Origin: Methanobacterium sp.
GTDB taxonomy: Archaea > Methanobacteriota > Methanobacteria > Methanobacteriales > Methanobacteriaceae
Direction: 5' to 3'
Length of the DNA: 31,195 bases
NCBI GenBank assembly: GCA_003166335.1
Contig: PMWA01000028.1
Coordinates: forward strand, 21,921 to 53,115
Position 1 is the stretch's first letter. The number at the start of each line of letters is the position of its first letter. Position numbers and translations under genes: made by a program. Positions 11,071 through 20,075 of this stretch are shown here, in pieces. The notes under the pieces were generated by a model, which searched no databases, had not been told where the DNA came from, and was given only the letters and a program-made list of their open reading frames with translations.

Positions 11071-11736
11071 GTGATGAAAATGCAAAGGGGAAGTATATTC
11101 AGACCGGAAGAGGATTACTATAAAATTGCTGGAATTATATTAATAATAGGCTGCTTCCAATTTATCTTAGCAGTTAACCTGGCCGAAACACAGTTTCCAG
11201 GGTACAGTATTGCAAAAAACACATTAAGCGGATTAGGAAGTTCAGTACCAATGGTAGAACCATCAGCTATCATCTTCAACCTCAGCATTATATTCCTAGG
11301 AATTTTATTTTTGGCTGCAGTTTATTTAATTCTAAAAAGTGGCGGTTGTCGTCTCTTTTCATCATGTTTAGCTATTTCAGCCATATTCGCAGTAGGGGTG
11401 GGAATATTCTCGCAATACACCGGAGTTACCCACACACTTTTAGCCTTAACCTTCCTTTTCGGAAGTTTAGCCGTTTTATTCAGTTACAGGCTGGGTCTTA
11501 ACATCCCCATGGTCATAATATCATTTGTAATGGGATTAATAACTCTTTTAACCCTATTATTACAATTCATTTTAGGTTATGGAATCACTAACCCCCTAAT
11601 AGCTTATTTAGGCGTAGGCAGTACTCAAATTTTAATTATATATCCTGTTATCTTATACCTTACTGCTCTGGGCGGTTACCTTACCAGCCGGGGAGAAGAT
11701 TGGGTTAGGCTTAGGTTTACCAAAGGTTACTGGTGA
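11071..11736 (+). CDS. DUF998 family membrane protein
   Basis: Motifs AE..FPGYS...N.LS.LG, FN.S.I..G and GVGIF......H, with multiple TM helices. GGAGG SD upstream. Confidence 0.75.
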   Translation: MMKMQRGSIFRPEEDYYKIAGIILIIGCFQFILAVNLAETQFPGYSIAKNTLSGLGSSVPMVEPSAIIFNLSIIFLGILFLAAVYLILKSGGCRLFSSCLAISAIFAVGVGIFSQYTGVTHTLLALTFLFGSLAVLFSYRLGLNIPMVIISFVMGLITLLTLLLQFILGYGITNPLIAYLGVGSTQILIIYPVILYLTALGGYLTSRGEDWVRLRFTKGYW

Positions 11737-11842
11737 AAAAACTCAGAATTAGCCCAAATCGATTACAAATAAACGTGACACATAGAATGTTAAGTTCTAA
11801 AGATCACGAAGAATTAAATGTTCAAATATAAAAAAAAATTTA

Positions 11843-12607
11843 GTGAATTATATGCAAATTAAAAAAAGTTTGTATTTTAAAAAATCTATGACAATAATTC
11901 CTGCAGTAGATATAAAAAACGGTAAATGCGTTCAGTTAATTCAGGGGAAACCTGGAACTGAACAGATAAGTATTGATAACCCTGTGGAAGTTGCCTTGAA
12001 CTGGCAGGAGAAAGGAGCAAAAATCTTACACCTCATAGATTTGGATGGTGCCTTCGGAGATAAACGTCGCAATCAAGGTGTAATTAGAAATATTGTAAAA
12101 GAAGTATCAATTCCCATACAGATGGGTGGTGGAATAAGAAGCAAAGAAGATGTAAATACACTATTCAAAATGGGTGTTGACCGAATCATCATGGGAACCA
12201 TGGCAATAGAGAATCCGATAATTGTAAAAGAACTCTCGGAAGAATTTAATTCCGAGAATATTATAGTAGCACTTGATAGTAAAGATTCCCAGGTAGTAAT
12301 CAAAGGCTGGACTGAAAAAACAAGTAAAAATGCATCCCAACTAGGTAAATTAATGGAAGAGAACGGTGCCGGGTATATACTATTTACTAATGTAGATGTG
12401 GAAGGTCTTTTAGAAGGATTTAAATTAAATCCACTCTTAGAACTCTTAAATACAGTAAATATCCCAGTCATATATTCAGGTGGCATATCATCAATCAAAG
12501 ACTTAAAAGAATTATTTAATACTGACGTTTATGGAGTAGTTATAGGCTCTGCTCTTTATAAAGGTAAAATAAGATTTGAAGAAACGCTCAAGTATCAAGG
12601 GATATAA
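11843..12607 (+). CDS. hisA: ProFAR isomerase HisA (true start probably downstream, between 11852 and 11888)
   Basis: Motifs [52 protein letters not shown] and GVVIGSALY. Confidence 0.95.
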   Translation: MNYMQIKKSLYFKKSMTIIPAVDIKNGKCVQLIQGKPGTEQISIDNPVEVALNWQEKGAKILHLIDLDGAFGDKRRNQGVIRNIVKEVSIPIQMGGGIRSKEDVNTLFKMGVDRIIMGTMAIENPIIVKELSEEFNSENIIVALDSKDSQVVIKGWTEKTSKNASQLGKLMEENGAGYILFTNVDVEGLLEGFKLNPLLELLNTVNIPVIYSGGISSIKDLKELFNTDVYGVVIGSALYKGKIRFEETLKYQGI

Positions 12608-12880
12608 AAATTCTTATTTTTATTCCAAAAAAAATTATATTAATTTAAGAGTTTAAAACAAATAATACAAACTTAATTTTTAGCAATATTACTATTTTCT
12701 TAATATCAAGAGATGCCCACGCACCGATGTAAGGATTAATACCGATTCCTTTAACTAATATCATCTTTATATTAATTTATATATTATAATAGAAATATTT
12801 TAAGATTTTTTTTTTAACTAGAATTTTTTATTTTTCATTATAATATAATTTTAAATACAATTAAATTAAGGATAATAGTT

Positions 12881-14338
12881 ATGGGATTATCACGAACTAT
12901 AAGATGCAGAACCGCTGAATCAGCTGGTAAGTTATCGAAACATTTAATTAAACTGGGAAGTGGTATGGGTAAGAGTTACCCTGGTTATTTATTTATACAA
13001 ATTGGATCTTTGAAGTGTGTAAATTATTTAGCAAGGAAACTGAGTATTGGCTCTATAATTATCACTGGAACCAATGGAAAAACCACATCCACTAAAATTA
13101 CAATTCTATTATTAACTAAGGATGCGAAATTAACTTTTAATTATGAAAGTAACACTATAAATGCCATAGTAACCGGTCTTTTAACAGGTAAAGTAGATTT
13201 AGGAGTGTTTGAGTATGGTATCAGGGATGTAAAACATGGTATTCCCGACACAGTGTGTAAAATAGTTGATCCCGTAGGAGTAGTTTACACTAATATTTCC
13301 AGGGAACATTCACAAGTTTCCGGTCGTGAAAACCCTTTTGAAGAGTATTTAATGGCTAAGCAGTTACTTTCAACTCCAATGAAAAGGGGTGTTGTGATTT
13401 GCAATGCAGATGACCCTCGAACCACTATCATTGGTAAAAATAAGGAGCAAGATACTAAAGTGACTTATTATGGGTTAGATATTGATTTAGAGGATAAAAC
13501 ACCCTTAACTGGTGATGTTTTCTGCCCTTTATGTCATGGAAATCTAGTTTACTCTAAAAGATATTTGAATCATCGTGGAATCTATGAATGTATTAGTTGT
13601 GGTTTCAAACGTCCCGAACCAGATATTAAACTCACTAAACTTTTATTAGAGAAAGAGAAATGGTGGGTGAGTTTAGTAGGTGAGATTTATAATTACTCCA
13701 CGGATAAAAACGTTTCCATTGATTTACAAGTTCCATTACCAGCTTTTGGTATTCACAATCTCTATAATCTACTGTGTGCAGTGACTACCTATGTTTCATT
13801 CACCCCTCAACCCGAGAATATTAAAAAAACTATTATAGATACATGTGAAACATTAGATCTCAGTATTTTACCTCCCGGTCGATTTGAAATTTTTAAAGTT
13901 AAGGATAAATGGGTAGGTATGGGTCAAGGTGACAATGGTGATGCATTAAAGGCGAATATACAGTTTATGGAGAGTTACCTTGGCGATGATATAACGGGAA
14001 ATACTGCTTTTATTTATACTACTCCTGATGAAGGGGAAGATGAAATATTCGAGGATCATTTAAGTTCATTAAACTCATTAAATCCAGTGATAGTGCATGT
14101 GATACCTGGAAGAGAATCCGTAGAAGCAGGTAGAAGTTACTATAATATCTTGAAGGAATCCCTCCACGCTGATTTTTACCCCTTATCACATGAAGATATG
14201 GATAAAAGAATTGACAAAATACGGGACCTTGTAAAAGAATCATCCTATAAATATATTATTGTATCAGGATGTGGACCTGAACAATACATGTGGGGTAATT
14301 TAAAATTACGTTGCAAATCTCATAAGAAGAATAGCTAA
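12881..14338 (+). CDS. Mur ligase family protein, MurT-like with Cys4 zinc-finger insertion (likely pseudomurein biosynthesis)
   Basis: P-loop ITGTNGKTTS, TNISREH, NADDP, CPLC...Y.C.SCGFKRP, G.HNLYN and GRFE. Confidence 0.85.
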   Translation: MGLSRTIRCRTAESAGKLSKHLIKLGSGMGKSYPGYLFIQIGSLKCVNYLARKLSIGSIIITGTNGKTTSTKITILLLTKDAKLTFNYESNTINAIVTGLLTGKVDLGVFEYGIRDVKHGIPDTVCKIVDPVGVVYTNISREHSQVSGRENPFEEYLMAKQLLSTPMKRGVVICNADDPRTTIIGKNKEQDTKVTYYGLDIDLEDKTPLTGDVFCPLCHGNLVYSKRYLNHRGIYECISCGFKRPEPDIKLTKLLLEKEKWWVSLVGEIYNYSTDKNVSIDLQVPLPAFGIHNLYNLLCAVTTYVSFTPQPENIKKTIIDTCETLDLSILPPGRFEIFKVKDKWVGMGQGDNGDALKANIQFMESYLGDDITGNTAFIYTTPDEGEDEIFEDHLSSLNSLNPVIVHVIPGRESVEAGRSYYNILKESLHADFYPLSHEDMDKRIDKIRDLVKESSYKYIIVSGCGPEQYMWGNLKLRCKSHKKNS

Positions 14339-15928
14339 TTTTCTTATAAATGGAGCTAACGGTCCTAACTTATTCCCTAGTTTCATAAATGCATCTACAT
14401 CATTTTTTTTCACTCCACCAATCAATGTCAGGATGAAGATGTATATTAAGGCTCCAATTAAAGCTAAAACCATGATGTATACGAATGCTAATATTTTAGC
14501 TATAGACATGTGATATGCACTCGTGTAAGCGTAAGTTGTGGGGATTAATAATAAAATTATTGCCATAATTACTGATGCAATAACTATTTTTCCAAAATCT
14601 CCGTAGTGAAGTCTAACTTTTACATGCATCAGGGTTCTCCACGCCACCATAACCATGAGAAGGAATGTAGATATGGTGGTGGCGAGGGCAGCTCCGTTAA
14701 TCCCATATTTAGGTACTAAAACCACACTTAAACTTAATTCTATCACAGTACCTATCGCTAAGGCAACCATAGGAATTACCGGTTTACCCATACCCTGAGC
14801 TATACTCCCAGAAACCGTGTAAAGTGTGAAGAAAAGCATTCCAAGTGCTAATATTTTTAACGCCTCCGATCCCAATTCATAACCAGGGAAAATCAGGCTG
14901 ATGATGGGAGTAGCTAATACTGCAATTCCCAATGATGCTGGTAGAACTACTATGATTACGTAACGGTAAGCTTGATTTACATAGGTTGTGATTAAATCTC
15001 GATTATTAACGCTTAAAGCTGCGGATGTAGCTGGAAGAACTGCAGTGGCTACAGACATGGATATAATTAAAGGAAGTCTAGCTATAGGGCTGGCAGCAGC
15101 ATAGTATCCTACAAATTGAGCGGGGAGGTATGCTCCTATAACCCACGTTCCCATATCATACATGAATAATTCACCTAAACTACTGAAAACCACAGGTACA
15201 GAGAAAAATATTAACATTTTAACTAATCTTAACTCTTTACGAAAAGTGAATGTGTCATTATGGTTATGTGGATTTAAACGACGACTTCTTCTCGGTTTAC
15301 CTTTAATATGTTTCCATACGTGTTTCCTGAAAAGAATGAATGCAGCTACTCCAGCAGCCATATATCCAATAGCTGTACCTATCACTGCTCCTGCAACATA
15401 AAAATTTGCTATTATTAACAGTATTGCAAAAGTTATAGTGAAACTCTGCTCAAAAGCTTTAGTTATTACAAGGTTACGCATTTGATAGAATCCCTGGAAG
15501 ACACCCTTCAATTCTCCGGTTATTACGCTGAAGGGAGTGATGAGCGCAACCGCCTGAAACGGGACCACAGCTAATGGTTGATGTAATACATCTAAAGCTA
15601 AAGGTTTAGCTAATATAAATATAGTTAAACTTAAAAGAAGGCCCATTACTATGATTAATTTAAAAGAAGTTTTTATTATCTGCCTAATCATAGCTGGCTG
15701 ATTCAAAGCTTCATATTGAGCTATATACTTCGCTATAGCAGGTGGTATACCTCCTTCAGCGGATAATTGCAGCACACCTATCAAAGGAAGAGTTAATCCC
15801 AATATACCATAACCTGTGGGACCTAATAGATAAGCCAAAGAGATACGATATACGAAACCACCTATTCTGAATATGAAGGAGCCTATAAGCATTACAAGGC
15901 TACCCTTAGCTATTTTTGTACTACTCAT
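14306..15928 (-). CDS. Flippase (MOP superfamily, polysaccharide-biosynthesis/MurJ-like)
   Basis: About 14 TM helices. Motifs LGP.GYG.L, GIPPAIAKYIA, G.FQG, VGYY.AA.P, LP..S and P.YGINGAA.AT. Confidence 0.88.
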   Translation of the reverse strand: MSSTKIAKGSLVMLIGSFIFRIGGFVYRISLAYLLGPTGYGILGLTLPLIGVLQLSAEGGIPPAIAKYIAQYEALNQPAMIRQIIKTSFKLIIVMGLLLSLTIFILAKPLALDVLHQPLAVVPFQAVALITPFSVITGELKGVFQGFYQMRNLVITKAFEQSFTITFAILLIIANFYVAGAVIGTAIGYMAAGVAAFILFRKHVWKHIKGKPRRSRRLNPHNHNDTFTFRKELRLVKMLIFFSVPVVFSSLGELFMYDMGTWVIGAYLPAQFVGYYAAASPIARLPLIISMSVATAVLPATSAALSVNNRDLITTYVNQAYRYVIIVVLPASLGIAVLATPIISLIFPGYELGSEALKILALGMLFFTLYTVSGSIAQGMGKPVIPMVALAIGTVIELSLSVVLVPKYGINGAALATTISTFLLMVMVAWRTLMHVKVRLHYGDFGKIVIASVIMAIILLLIPTTYAYTSAYHMSIAKILAFVYIMVLALIGALIYIFILTLIGGVKKNDVDAFMKLGNKLGPLAPFIRKLAILLMRFAT

Positions 15929-16225
15929 ATAATATTACCCACAAATAGAATGGTTAAATGTAAAAAAACTCTTCTTTTATAGTTAAAAAAATAAATCTGT
16001 CCTTTTTTTAATAGATTTAAGTTATGTTAAAGTTATAAACATATATTGTTATAAGTGTCTTTATTAGGTTTATCTCCTTAAAATAATTTTTTTCTTCAGA
16101 AATAAATTTGTTTTAGGAATTCATCTTTTTATTTTATATGATAATTAAATAAACATACTATAAAATAAAAATATCATTCTGAGTTAGGAAATATTAACGA
16201 AATTTATAATTTGAGGTGAATAATC

Positions 16226-16681
16226 ATTACAGTTATAATGGCTACAGGAACATTTGACATTATCCATCCCGGTCATGGATATTATCTTCAAGAGTCAAAA
16301 AATTTAGGTGGAGCAGATAGTAAATTAGTTGTCGTGGTAGCTCGTGATGCTACAGTCAGATCCAGGAAAAGAGTGCCCGTAGTTAATGAAGAACAGCGTT
16401 TAGAAGTGGTTAAGATGCTTAAACCTGTGGATGAAGCTTATCTGGGAAGCACTACTGACATGTTTCTAATCGTGGAGAAGATTAATCCGGATATCATTGT
16501 TATAGGACCAGATCAGGATTTTAATCTGAATTTACTCCGAGAAGAGCTTAAAAAAAGGAATTTAAATGTTAAAGTTGTTAAAATCACAGGCTATAAAAAA
16601 GCAATTCTTGATAGTTCTTGTAAGATAATTCGTAAGATTAAAGAAACTGAATTCCATGAAGAAGAGTTTAAAAACTGTTAA
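16226..16681 (+). CDS. ribL: Archaeal FAD synthase RibL (start possibly ATT at 16226; first ATG at 16238)
   Basis: Cytidylyltransferase-fold [27 protein letters not shown] and SSCKII, with C-terminal Cys. GAGGTGA SD at 16213-16219. Confidence 0.9.
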   Translation: MTVIMATGTFDIIHPGHGYYLQESKNLGGADSKLVVVVARDATVRSRKRVPVVNEEQRLEVVKMLKPVDEAYLGSTTDMFLIVEKINPDIIVIGPDQDFNLNLLREELKKRNLNVKVVKITGYKKAILDSSCKIIRKIKETEFHEEEFKNC

Positions 16682-16705
16682 TCCAAATTCTAGATATTTT
16701 ACAAA

Positions 16706-16726
16706 ATAATAAAAAAAAATAAAAAA
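16706..16726 (-). terminator. Oligo-T terminator candidate for the transglutaminase transcript
   Basis: The minus strand has long T runs (T6 and T9) just after the degenerate relic at 16743-16835. Confidence 0.4.
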
Positions 16727-16742
16727 GTATTTAAATTTTTTT

Positions 16743-16835
16743 GTAAGGCAACGTTTGGTATAAGTGCCTTCATAAGTCCATTTTACTGGTGTTGCCAATT
16801 ATTTATTCAACCGATAGTGCTGAGGTATCTGTATT
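16743..16835 (-). pseudogene. Degenerate relic of the 3' end of a paralogous PMBR-transglutaminase gene
   Basis: With a few indels the minus strand reads DT...G*INNW/NTSK/WTYEGTYT/TLPY, collinear with the intact gene end DT......FGVINNWNLNTYTLEGTYASLPF. Confidence 0.65.
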
Positions 16836-16844
16836 TCCTTTTTT

Positions 16845-18599
16845 TTAGAATGGTAAAGATGCATATGTACCCTCTAATGTGTAAGTGTTGAGGTTCCAAT
16901 TGTTTATCACACCGAAAGTGTTTAATGTACTAATAGTATCTGCGTAGTACCATTGACCATTCACATATAATTGAGCCCAAACATGACCGTACCATCCATC
17001 AGAGAAGTCACAGTATCCCTGTTGATATCTAGCTGGTATTCCTGCTGCTCTAGCCAATGCAACCATTAAATTGGAATGATCACAACAGTTTCCTGTTCCA
17101 GCTTTTAAAGTTCCTACTGCACCATACAAAGTGTTATAGTAGAAGGAATAGGATATGTTATCCGTAACCCAATTAAAGAGTGCTACTGCCTTAGCGTAAG
17201 GAGTAATTAAACCAGCAGTAATTTTATTTGCTAGTGCAATTATCGTAGGGTTATTGGATTGACAATTCGTAGTTGGTTGTAAGTATTCATCTAATGAAGG
17301 AGGTATAGTTGATGTTTCATTCGATGATTCATTCCAGGGGTTTACGACAGCATAGTTAGGTAATCTGTTATTTACACTGAAAAAATTCATGATCTGTGAT
17401 TCTAAGTAAATTAATGTTTCATATTGAATATTCCCAAGAGTACTAGTGGCATAATTAGGTGCTCTACCTGTAGAATCCATAAAGTTCTGGATTTCTGATG
17501 CCAAGTCAATATACTCTGATTTATTAATGTCTCCACTTTCCAAATCTTCACTTGGACTTGGTGGTTTAGTTACATTATTTAATGCTATCAGTGTATTTTT
17601 ATTACCATTAATCTGTAATAAACCATTATTTAATAATTCCAGGAATTGTGGCATGGATATTTGTGTATTAGATATGGTTACATAGTTAGGGAGTTTTTGA
17701 TTCTGGTCTATATAGTTTGCAACACTCCCAGCAGCCGTAGTAATTTCACTAATTGTAAATTCATTTACAGTGGAGTTACTACTCGAATTTGATTTTGTGG
17801 TATTATTTGCTAAGGTTTTTATTGTTACATAGTTAGGTAATCTGTTATTAACACCGTAAAAGTCAAGTATTCGGGAGTACATGTAAATTAATGATTCATA
17901 TTGAATATTCCCAAGAGTACTAGTGGCATAATTAGGTGCTCTACCCATAGAATCCATAAAGTTCTGGATTTTAGATGCCAAAGTAAGGTACTCTGACTTA
18001 TTAATGTTGCCATTAGTGATGTTCCCATTACTATTAGTTGGTGTATTAAAACTACCTAACTCTATAGGCGTATTAATCCCATTATTTAACTGTACTAAAT
18101 CCTTAGTTATTAATTCCAGGAATTGTGGCATACTTACTTGGATGTTACCTATTTGAACATATTTAGGAAGTACATTATTTACCTCTATATAGGATTTAAC
18201 CCATCCTGATGCTTCGGTTAAATTCTTGGTGACGAACCAGTTACCTTGGACATTACTACTAACGTTATCTCCTGCAGCCTCTTTGGCATACTGAATTGTA
18301 TCCGAGCTTTCATTGTTAACGTTTAGATTATCACTATTATTTACACTGGAAGCAGTGACATTTGGAATAATATTCTGATTAATAACTGTAACGTTAACCG
18401 ATCCATTCCCCTGCGGGCTTGGTACGGTTGTACTCTGAATTATATCTGTACATGAGTTATTCATTGTAATATAATCGCTTTTAGTTAGGTTAGTGGTATT
18501 TACCGAGTTCTGCTGATTAGTTGTGGTGGCATAAATATCAGGCATTAACAATGATACCGACATTAATAGTATCATTGTAAGCAACAATAGTCGCTTCAC
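16845..18599 (-). CDS. Secreted pseudomurein-binding-repeat protein with C-terminal transglutaminase-like (Cys-His-Asp) domain
   Basis: GTG start at 18599 after a GGGAGG SD gives the signal peptide MKRLLLLTMILLMSVSLL. N/S/T-rich linker, PMBR units (LPKYV, GRAPNYA, RLPNYV), and TGase triad GNCCDHS...HVWAQ...W..AD. Confidence 0.9.
   Translation of the reverse strand: MKRLLLLTMILLMSVSLLMPDIYATTTNQQNSVNTTNLTKSDYITMNNSCTDIIQSTTVPSPQGNGSVNVTVINQNIIPNVTASSVNNSDNLNVNNESSDTIQYAKEAAGDNVSSNVQGNWFVTKNLTEASGWVKSYIEVNNVLPKYVQIGNIQVSMPQFLELITKDLVQLNNGINTPIELGSFNTPTNSNGNITNGNINKSEYLTLASKIQNFMDSMGRAPNYATSTLGNIQYESLIYMYSRILDFYGVNNRLPNYVTIKTLANNTTKSNSSSNSTVNEFTISEITTAAGSVANYIDQNQKLPNYVTISNTQISMPQFLELLNNGLLQINGNKNTLIALNNVTKPPSPSEDLESGDINKSEYIDLASEIQNFMDSTGRAPNYATSTLGNIQYETLIYLESQIMNFFSVNNRLPNYAVVNPWNESSNETSTIPPSLDEYLQPTTNCQSNNPTIIALANKITAGLITPYAKAVALFNWVTDNISYSFYYNTLYGAVGTLKAGTGNCCDHSNLMVALARAAGIPARYQQGYCDFSDGWYGHVWAQLYVNGQWYYADTISTLNTFGVINNWNLNTYTLEGTYASLPF
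17421..17980. repeat. Intragenic direct repeat (PMBR block duplication), near-identical cores at ~17421-17502 and ~17898-17980
   Basis: ATATTGAATATTCCCAAGAGTACTAGTGGCATAATTAGGTGCTCTACC..TAGAATCCATAAAGTTCTGGATTT occurs twice, 477 nt (159 codons) apart. Confidence 0.9.
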
Positions 18600-19033
18600 G
18601 ATACTGGCCTCCCATATTTCAGCAATGTCAGATAACATAATTATTTTTTTTAAGGTTCTGACAATCTATAAGATTTATATACTAGAACATATAAACCTTT
18701 TTATTCAAAATTAAATATTAAGGGATTTTAAACTATATCACCATGAATTTAAACCATTCTATGTAGGAATTATAAAAGCATTCATTTAACTCCCCTGTAT
18801 TAAATTATATCATAATGTAAAGTATACTTAATTTTAACGTATTATCAATTATAAAATAAGTAATGAAATAATAATAAACTTTCAAATTTAATAATACTTA
18901 TTCTAAAATAATATTTATTATAATATTACTCAAAAAAAATTAAATTTAAAAAAATGAACAAAAATATACTCATATTACTTTTTTTATTTAATACTAAAAT
19001 TTTATAATCTTATAAAATGATAAATATTCAATT

Positions 19034-20065
19034 ATGGAAATAGTAAATATAACGAGGGCATTAGAAATCATCCAGAATTCAAATCAATTCGCAGAACTCA
19101 TACCCGAAGTAAGAAGTAACCTAGTAATGGCTAAAGAAAATGCAACCACCATCAATGAAGTAGCAGGCGTACCCGGACGCATAACCACAGTTAAAGGTAA
19201 AGCCAAAACATTCATGAAACCAGATTGGGGTGCCTCCAGTCACATGGCCCGTTTAATACTAGAAGTGATGAAGCATGACCCTCACTGTCGAAGCGCAATT
19301 AACCTACGTTACGATACTACCCTCATAGATTTAATAACAAAATTAGGACTTAAAATATCAAGCTATAATCGTGAAGAAGAACCAGAGGATCAGCGTAACA
19401 TTGAAGGTGGAAGCATCAGTTGGGGAGTAACACAAGCTATAAATAAAATTGGAGAAGTACCCGATGTAATATATCACACTGGTGATTGGGGAAAAGAACC
19501 AATCATAGCCTTAATTGGCTGTGACGCTGTGGATGTAGCTAAAATGGCAGTGTGTCTAGCACAATTATACTCAATCAGGAAACCGAGAATACTTTTTGCA
19601 CCCGCCCGCAGTTTATATACCGATAAAAAATCATCATCAAATTGCATATTCTGTGGAATATCAACAGGACAACCCGAAGTAAAAGAGATGATTCTTTATA
19701 AAGATGAAGACTATATGGTACTAATGAATATTTATCCTTATAATCGAGGACATTTAGAAGTAGTGCCCCGGAAACATTACACTGACTTAAACGAGTTAAA
19801 ACCCGTTGAGTTAAAAAATTTTTTCATATTAGTTCAAAAAACCATAACACTTATAAGAGAAGTTATAAAACCTGAAGGAATCAATTTAGGCTTTAATCTA
19901 GGTAAAGCAGCAGGTTCCAGTGTAGAACATCTACATTTACACTTAGTACCCCGCTTCAAATTTGAAGGTGGTTTCATGGAAACCGTAGCCTCAACCAGAG
20001 TGATTAATGAAAATTTAGATGAAACATATAATCGATTCATGAATTCTATACAATTATTAAGGTAA
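19034..20065 (+). CDS. ThiN (thiamine-phosphate-synthase-like) domain fused to a C-terminal HIT-family nucleotide hydrolase/transferase domain
   Basis: aa 1-180 has ThiN motifs [32 protein letters not shown] and [14 protein letters not shown]. aa ~186-343 has HIT motifs CIFC, N.YPY..GH...P..H and G.NLG.AAG....HLHLHLVPR. Confidence 0.85.
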   Translation: MEIVNITRALEIIQNSNQFAELIPEVRSNLVMAKENATTINEVAGVPGRITTVKGKAKTFMKPDWGASSHMARLILEVMKHDPHCRSAINLRYDTTLIDLITKLGLKISSYNREEEPEDQRNIEGGSISWGVTQAINKIGEVPDVIYHTGDWGKEPIIALIGCDAVDVAKMAVCLAQLYSIRKPRILFAPARSLYTDKKSSSNCIFCGISTGQPEVKEMILYKDEDYMVLMNIYPYNRGHLEVVPRKHYTDLNELKPVELKNFFILVQKTITLIREVIKPEGINLGFNLGKAAGSSVEHLHLHLVPRFKFEGGFMETVASTRVINENLDETYNRFMNSIQLLR

Positions 20066-20075
20066 AGTGATAATT

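Noticed and set aside
16562..16798. 78-aa minus-strand ORF as a real gene
   Set aside because: Only its first residues (WTYEGTY) are meaningful and belong to the transglutaminase relic. The rest is low-complexity terminator sequence and antisense to ribL.
16743..16945. Diversity-generating retroelement (variable region at gene end plus downstream template repeat)
   Set aside because: Differences between the copies are not adenine-specific, include indels and are extensive. No reverse transcriptase is present in the window.
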